This document shows positions 59,621 through 64,000 of a stretch of 64,000 bases of DNA, one piece after another. The stretch spans positions 576,001-640,000 of the forward strand of contig OY771555.1 of assembly GCA_963674785.1 (NCBI GenBank). The letters run 5' to 3'. A program made the position numbers and the translations under genes. The stretch is from Caldisericia bacterium (lineage in GTDB: Bacteria; Caldisericota; Caldisericia; JAAYUI01). Each line of letters starts with the position of its first letter. The first letter of the stretch is position 1. The notes under the pieces were generated by a model, which was not told the DNA's origin, made no database searches, and saw only the letters and a list, made by a program, of their open reading frames with translations.

Positions 59621-59650
59621 CAATCAAAAAAAGGAGAATTTTTGTAAAAA

Positions 59651-61170
59651 CTAATGAAGTTTTGCACCACTCCCAGCGCCACCAGCCTCACCAAAGAAAT
59701 CCTTGGCAGGTCCTGGAAGCATGAGATAGAGAAGAAGGTCGCGGTGGTTGTGGATAAATGGTGGTGGGTTTAATCCATCATCTTCTGTAAGGGGTGCTGA
59801 TTTCACGTAAAAACCTGATCTCTGGTCGTATCTTTGAGTAGTTTTTGCAACACGGGTTATAAAATCATCGTCAATAATCCCTGGTTTACCATATCTTCCA
59901 CAGATCATATCTTTAAACTCACGTGAACAAACTGAGTATCTGTCTGCAGTCTCGACATTAAAGGACGCCTGTGCGCCGATAATCTGTGATGATGGGGTAA
60001 CAAGTGGAGGATAACCGACATCTTTTCGAACCTGTTGAACCTCTTCGAGAATCTTTGGAAGTTTTTCAAGCTGACCAACCGTTGAAAGCTGTGTTCTGAG
60101 ATTTGAAAGCATCCCACCTGGAACTTGACTCTGAAGCTGAGTTTCATCAGGAACTGGATATCCAAGTGAACTCATAAGTTCAACGGTTTTATCTCTTGCT
60201 TCAGTGAATTTTTTATCTTTGACAAGTGAGACAATTATTTCCATCTTATCAGTTACAGTTGGTGGTAGTGGGTATGGAATAGGTTCAGGTACTTCGTCTT
60301 TCCATTTGTCAAACTGAGCAAGGGTTTTTCTGATCTCACGCAACTTCTTGGCTGCTTTGTAAACATGGGATAAATCAATATCATGTTCAAATCCCATCAG
60401 TTCAGCAAATTTTGCAACAAGCGATACCGGTGGATGACTTGTACCGCCGGCAAATGGACCAATTGCTGTATCTATTCTATCGGCTCCTGCACTCATGGCA
60501 ACAACGGTGTTAATTGTTGCATATCCACATGTGCAGTGACTGTGAAGTGTGAGTGTTTGTCTACATTTTCCTTGATCTTTGAGATAAGGTTGAAGGCATC
60601 AGATGGTGTAAGAAGCCCTGCCATATCCTTGATTGTGATAATGTCTGCACCCATATGAGCCATGTCAATTGCAAGGTCTGAAAATGATTCAGGAGAGTGA
60701 ACGGGTGATGTTGTGTAACTGAAACACATCTCAGCTGTTCCACCATAGGCCTTGGTTGCAAGCAGTGAAATCATCAGATTTCTTCTGTCATTGAGTGCAT
60801 CAAACATCCTCATCACACCGATACCTGATTCTATTGCAGACTTGCAGAAAGCAACAACAAGATTGTCGGCAAACGGAGAATAAGCAAAAAGGTTCTGTCC
60901 TCTGATGAGCGCTCTTATTTTTGCTCTGCCCATGCACATCTTTTTGTATTCATCGAGCCTGTCCCATGGGTTTTCCTTGAGGAATCTAAGTGGTGCATCG
61001 ATTGTTGCTCCACCCCAAAGCTCAAGCTCTGTAAATCCAGCCTCTAAAATGTCGGGTAAAACGGAAAAGGCTTGGTCGGAAGTCATTCTTGTGGCAAGAA
61101 GACTCTGCTGTCCATCGCGCAATGTTAAGTCACATAGCTGAATCTTTTTCATGGTGGGGATTGTAGCCAC
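59651..61170 (-). pseudogene. Pyruvate carboxylase B / oxaloacetate decarboxylase alpha-type carboxyltransferase, split by a 1-bp frameshift
   Basis: D.TLRDG.QSL.ATRM, E.WGGAT.D and IKDMAGLL lie in ORF1. HSHCT lies in the -1 frame near 60555. QVPGGM.SN and GYPPLVTP.SQI lie in ORF2. Confidence 0.8.
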
Positions 61171-61318
61171 TCTTTACCACGTTTCAACATCAAATCGGTT
61201 TTTGATGGATTAATTGATATTAAATATTGATTAATTGTGAAGATAGAATGAAGAGAAACTGATAACAACACTTTCGTATAACAGTGTTTTCCTTTACTAT
61301 TGATTGAAATGAGGAGGA

Positions 61319-63220
61319 GTGATGAAAAGAAAAAGTATATTTGTCGTTGTCTACCTGGTTGTGATTTGTTTGGTATTTGGTGGGTGTGGAGGAAAGAAAA
61401 CAAGCAGCACGGATGGAGAGATAAAAAAGAAATCTGAACTCAAATATCACCAAAAGGTTCGACTTTCAAAAATTGCAAAAACTGCACTAACAAAAAGAAT
61501 AAAGTATATCGAATCAAAGATGTCTGAAGTATCAGAGCAGATTGAAGAACAAAAACCCACAATAGCACCCAATGAACTAAGTGTTGAGGTGGAATACATT
61601 GAGATTACTCCTGAAGAATACTATGCGTATGAACCAGGAGTTTCTTCATCAATTCCAGATGATCTTGTGAAGCTATGGGAACATAAAGAAGATCCATTTG
61701 ATTTTGTTTTTGGTGAATATTTTTTACATGGTGATCAGCTCTATTTCGATGGCACATATAATGATGGACCAGGAGAATCAAGCTATTTTATATTCATCGG
61801 TGATATAGAAAAGCTATCAGGAAAAAGAAACTACATGTGTAATGAAAATTTTAAAGGCTTTCTTATCTCACCAAACCGTCTTTCATGTGTCAAAGATGGG
61901 TTTTCATATTATACAAAAGATTATGAATATAGCGGGATATCAAAGTTTATATGCGGAAATAGTTGTGGATACACACCACTTGCTATAAATGAATATATTG
62001 AAACAAATAATCAAGTTGGAGGAAAATTTATTGCTTGTGATGAAAACACTGGACACTTAGTGCTTGTTCAAGAGTTTGTGGAGTTTAACTATGACATTGA
62101 TTCGTATGAAGATACGTATTCTGTTTTCTTTTTCAACATTAGCACTGATGAGGTAGATAAAACAATCAGCTTTTCTCCAAATGATAGGTTGATAAAGGAC
62201 ATCAAATATGATGATGGACAATTGAAAGTTTATTATGCCTTGAAAGAAAAAATGTTATTTAAAAGAGGCGAGGATGAGTATGACGACTACAACCTAATTC
62301 GAATAATTCATTATGAAGGGTTTTGGTATAAATTTTTTAGAGGCAGCAGGAAACCGAATGTAGAAGTATACGACACGTCAGCAAATCTTATTTCTAAATT
62401 TAGTTTTTCGGGAAACTATTTTTTGAAGGGCAATCATCTGTATGCCATAAAAAAAGATGCAGAATCACAAACATCTACATTGTGTTGTTTTGATGCTTCC
62501 ACTGGGGCAATTGTCTGGGAATCAAAGACTCACATTCTGAATTTCACACAGTTTGAAGATTACCTCTTGGTTTCACATGAAAAAGGTGAAAATATTGAGT
62601 TTTCGTCAGTTGATTATCAAACAGGTGAATTTGACAGTTCCCCACTTCCTGATGTTCCAATACAAAAAAATTATCTCACGAGATTTTATGGATATATGAG
62701 TTCTGGTTATAAAGTTCAAAAGCTTGGTGACCTAATAATCGTAGGAGATCGAATATGCTACGCACCAAACAACCAAATAGAAAACTCGAATCTTTATGAG
62801 GAAGACGAATACTCAACAGATAGAGCATACAGAAATGTTATTATTACAAGGAATGATATTGTGTTTTCCTGGATTGATGATTTTGAGTTTTTTTGGGGAG
62901 AAAGTGGTACCTATCAAGGATTCAAAAAATGGGGATTTGAAGCCAGTGATTCATTTGAAATTATAAACAACACGAGTGATGAAAAAAGCTTCAACATTTC
63001 ATCAAAAGATGAAAGATTGACAATCTCCGATACAGACTTTTCCTTAGCACCAGGTATAAAAAAAGAAGTATTCATATCACAAGCTGTCAGGAAATATGGG
63101 GAGGATGTTTTTGATGTGCACAAGGAAATTGAGTTTGATGATATAAGGGTTACATGGGATGATGGTGAAAAAATAATCCCTGTGAGATTTGGATCGGCGT
63201 TTGTACCGGTTTTTGAATAG
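61319..63220 (+). CDS. Lipoprotein with PQQ-like beta-propeller features
   Basis: Lipobox FGGC; CFDASTGAIVW motif. Confidence 0.65.
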   Translation: MMKRKSIFVVVYLVVICLVFGGCGGKKTSSTDGEIKKKSELKYHQKVRLSKIAKTALTKRIKYIESKMSEVSEQIEEQKPTIAPNELSVEVEYIEITPEEYYAYEPGVSSSIPDDLVKLWEHKEDPFDFVFGEYFLHGDQLYFDGTYNDGPGESSYFIFIGDIEKLSGKRNYMCNENFKGFLISPNRLSCVKDGFSYYTKDYEYSGISKFICGNSCGYTPLAINEYIETNNQVGGKFIACDENTGHLVLVQEFVEFNYDIDSYEDTYSVFFFNISTDEVDKTISFSPNDRLIKDIKYDDGQLKVYYALKEKMLFKRGEDEYDDYNLIRIIHYEGFWYKFFRGSRKPNVEVYDTSANLISKFSFSGNYFLKGNHLYAIKKDAESQTSTLCCFDASTGAIVWESKTHILNFTQFEDYLLVSHEKGENIEFSSVDYQTGEFDSSPLPDVPIQKNYLTRFYGYMSSGYKVQKLGDLIIVGDRICYAPNNQIENSNLYEEDEYSTDRAYRNVIITRNDIVFSWIDDFEFFWGESGTYQGFKKWGFEASDSFEIINNTSDEKSFNISSKDERLTISDTDFSLAPGIKKEVFISQAVRKYGEDVFDVHKEIEFDDIRVTWDDGEKIIPVRFGSAFVPVFE

Positions 63221-63232
63221 AAAGAAGGAGTT

Positions 63233-64000
63233 ATGAGAAAAAATTTGATTTATACAATTGTCACCTTGATTGTGATTTGTTTGGTATTTGGAGGATGTGG
63301 AGGAAAATCACCACAGCCAAATGACTCAAAGACGACTGAAGGAAGAGTTGAGGAAACTATTGATGTTGAATCAGGCAATATCCTGGATGGAATGATTGAA
63401 GTCGAAACCACAACACCCGATGAAACAGAAACTTCAGGGGAAATCACAGAGACCGATGTAGTAATTGAGGAGCCAGAAAACCCGATATTTTCAGAGCTTG
63501 ATAAAAAGTACCAAGACATCAAACCAGAAGACCTTCCAGAGATTGAATATATTGAGATAACCCCCGAAGAAGCCTTTGAAATAAAGGAATCAGAGGTTTA
63601 TGATATTTCCGGAAAACTCATCAAACTTTGGGAGGTGAAGGATGATGTAGCTGCACAAGGACATTGGTTTGGAGGTATTTTTGAATATGAAGAAGGTTTT
63701 TACTTCGATTGGTCAACAATGTACATGGGAGATGTTCCCAAGGGTTATATCGGAAAGGTAAATCTTGAAAATGGTATTCGAGAGTATTGTTTTTACTCGA
63801 AAAAAGATATTGTCTCACCGGTCAAGGTTATATTTGAAGGTTTATTTGTTCCCGAATATAAAAGAAATACTTATCTACTTGTTGATCCTTTCAAGTTGTA
63901 CATTAATTCATATCTGTATGATTTAGCATGCAATGATTACATTACCGTTTTTGAATTCGATAATGAAACAAAAAGGTATAAAGTAAAAGACTACAAAGAG
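63233..64000 (+). CDS. Paralogous lipoprotein (3' end off window)
   Basis: Not in the ORF track. MRKNLIYTIVTLIVICLVFGGCGGK after RBS AGGAG; shares EYIEITPEE and L.KLWE with 61319-63220. Confidence 0.7.
   Translation, partial: MRKNLIYTIVTLIVICLVFGGCGGKSPQPNDSKTTEGRVEETIDVESGNILDGMIEVETTTPDETETSGEITETDVVIEEPENPIFSELDKKYQDIKPEDLPEIEYIEITPEEAFEIKESEVYDISGKLIKLWEVKDDVAAQGHWFGGIFEYEEGFYFDWSTMYMGDVPKGYIGKVNLENGIREYCFYSKKDIVSPVKVIFEGLFVPEYKRNTYLLVDPFKLYINSYLYDLACNDYITVFEFDNETKRYKVKDYKE

Noticed and set aside
59914-59931. Second parS-like site (AACTCACGTGAACA)
   Set aside because: Only the core TCACGTGA matches; the flanks break the palindrome.

Overview
AT-rich bacterial chromosome segment. The lineage is tentatively Caldisericota-like, inferred only from the many copper-amine-oxidase-N 'stalk' surface proteins. 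Bases 1-11.3 kb hold a minus-strand phage head-tail morphogenesis module: TerL, PBSX-type portal, protease, capsid, connectors, tail tube, a chaperone with an intact -1 frameshift, and a tape measure. It starts from a sigma70-like promoter and has no TerS, integrase, repressor or replication genes on the upstream side, while its downstream end runs off the window. The host gene menA and host-type composite palindromic repeats interrupt it, which suggests a domesticated, gene-transfer-agent-like system. The rest is core and accessory chromosome: ispD, a PIN/TRAM gene, a ~2950-aa surface protein with sigma54 and sigma70 promoters, serS, tRNA-Ser, mnmG with a perfect parS, a HEPN-HEPN-MNT cluster, a group 3b [NiFe] hydrogenase operon with a two-component system, three paralogous surface proteins, a TPR-Lon protease fusion, a DnaA-box cluster (oriC candidate), hutH, an NYN RNase paired with a divergent ~50-nt candidate ncRNA, and a frameshifted carboxyltransferase. 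All calls come from motif recognition by eye; no searches were run.
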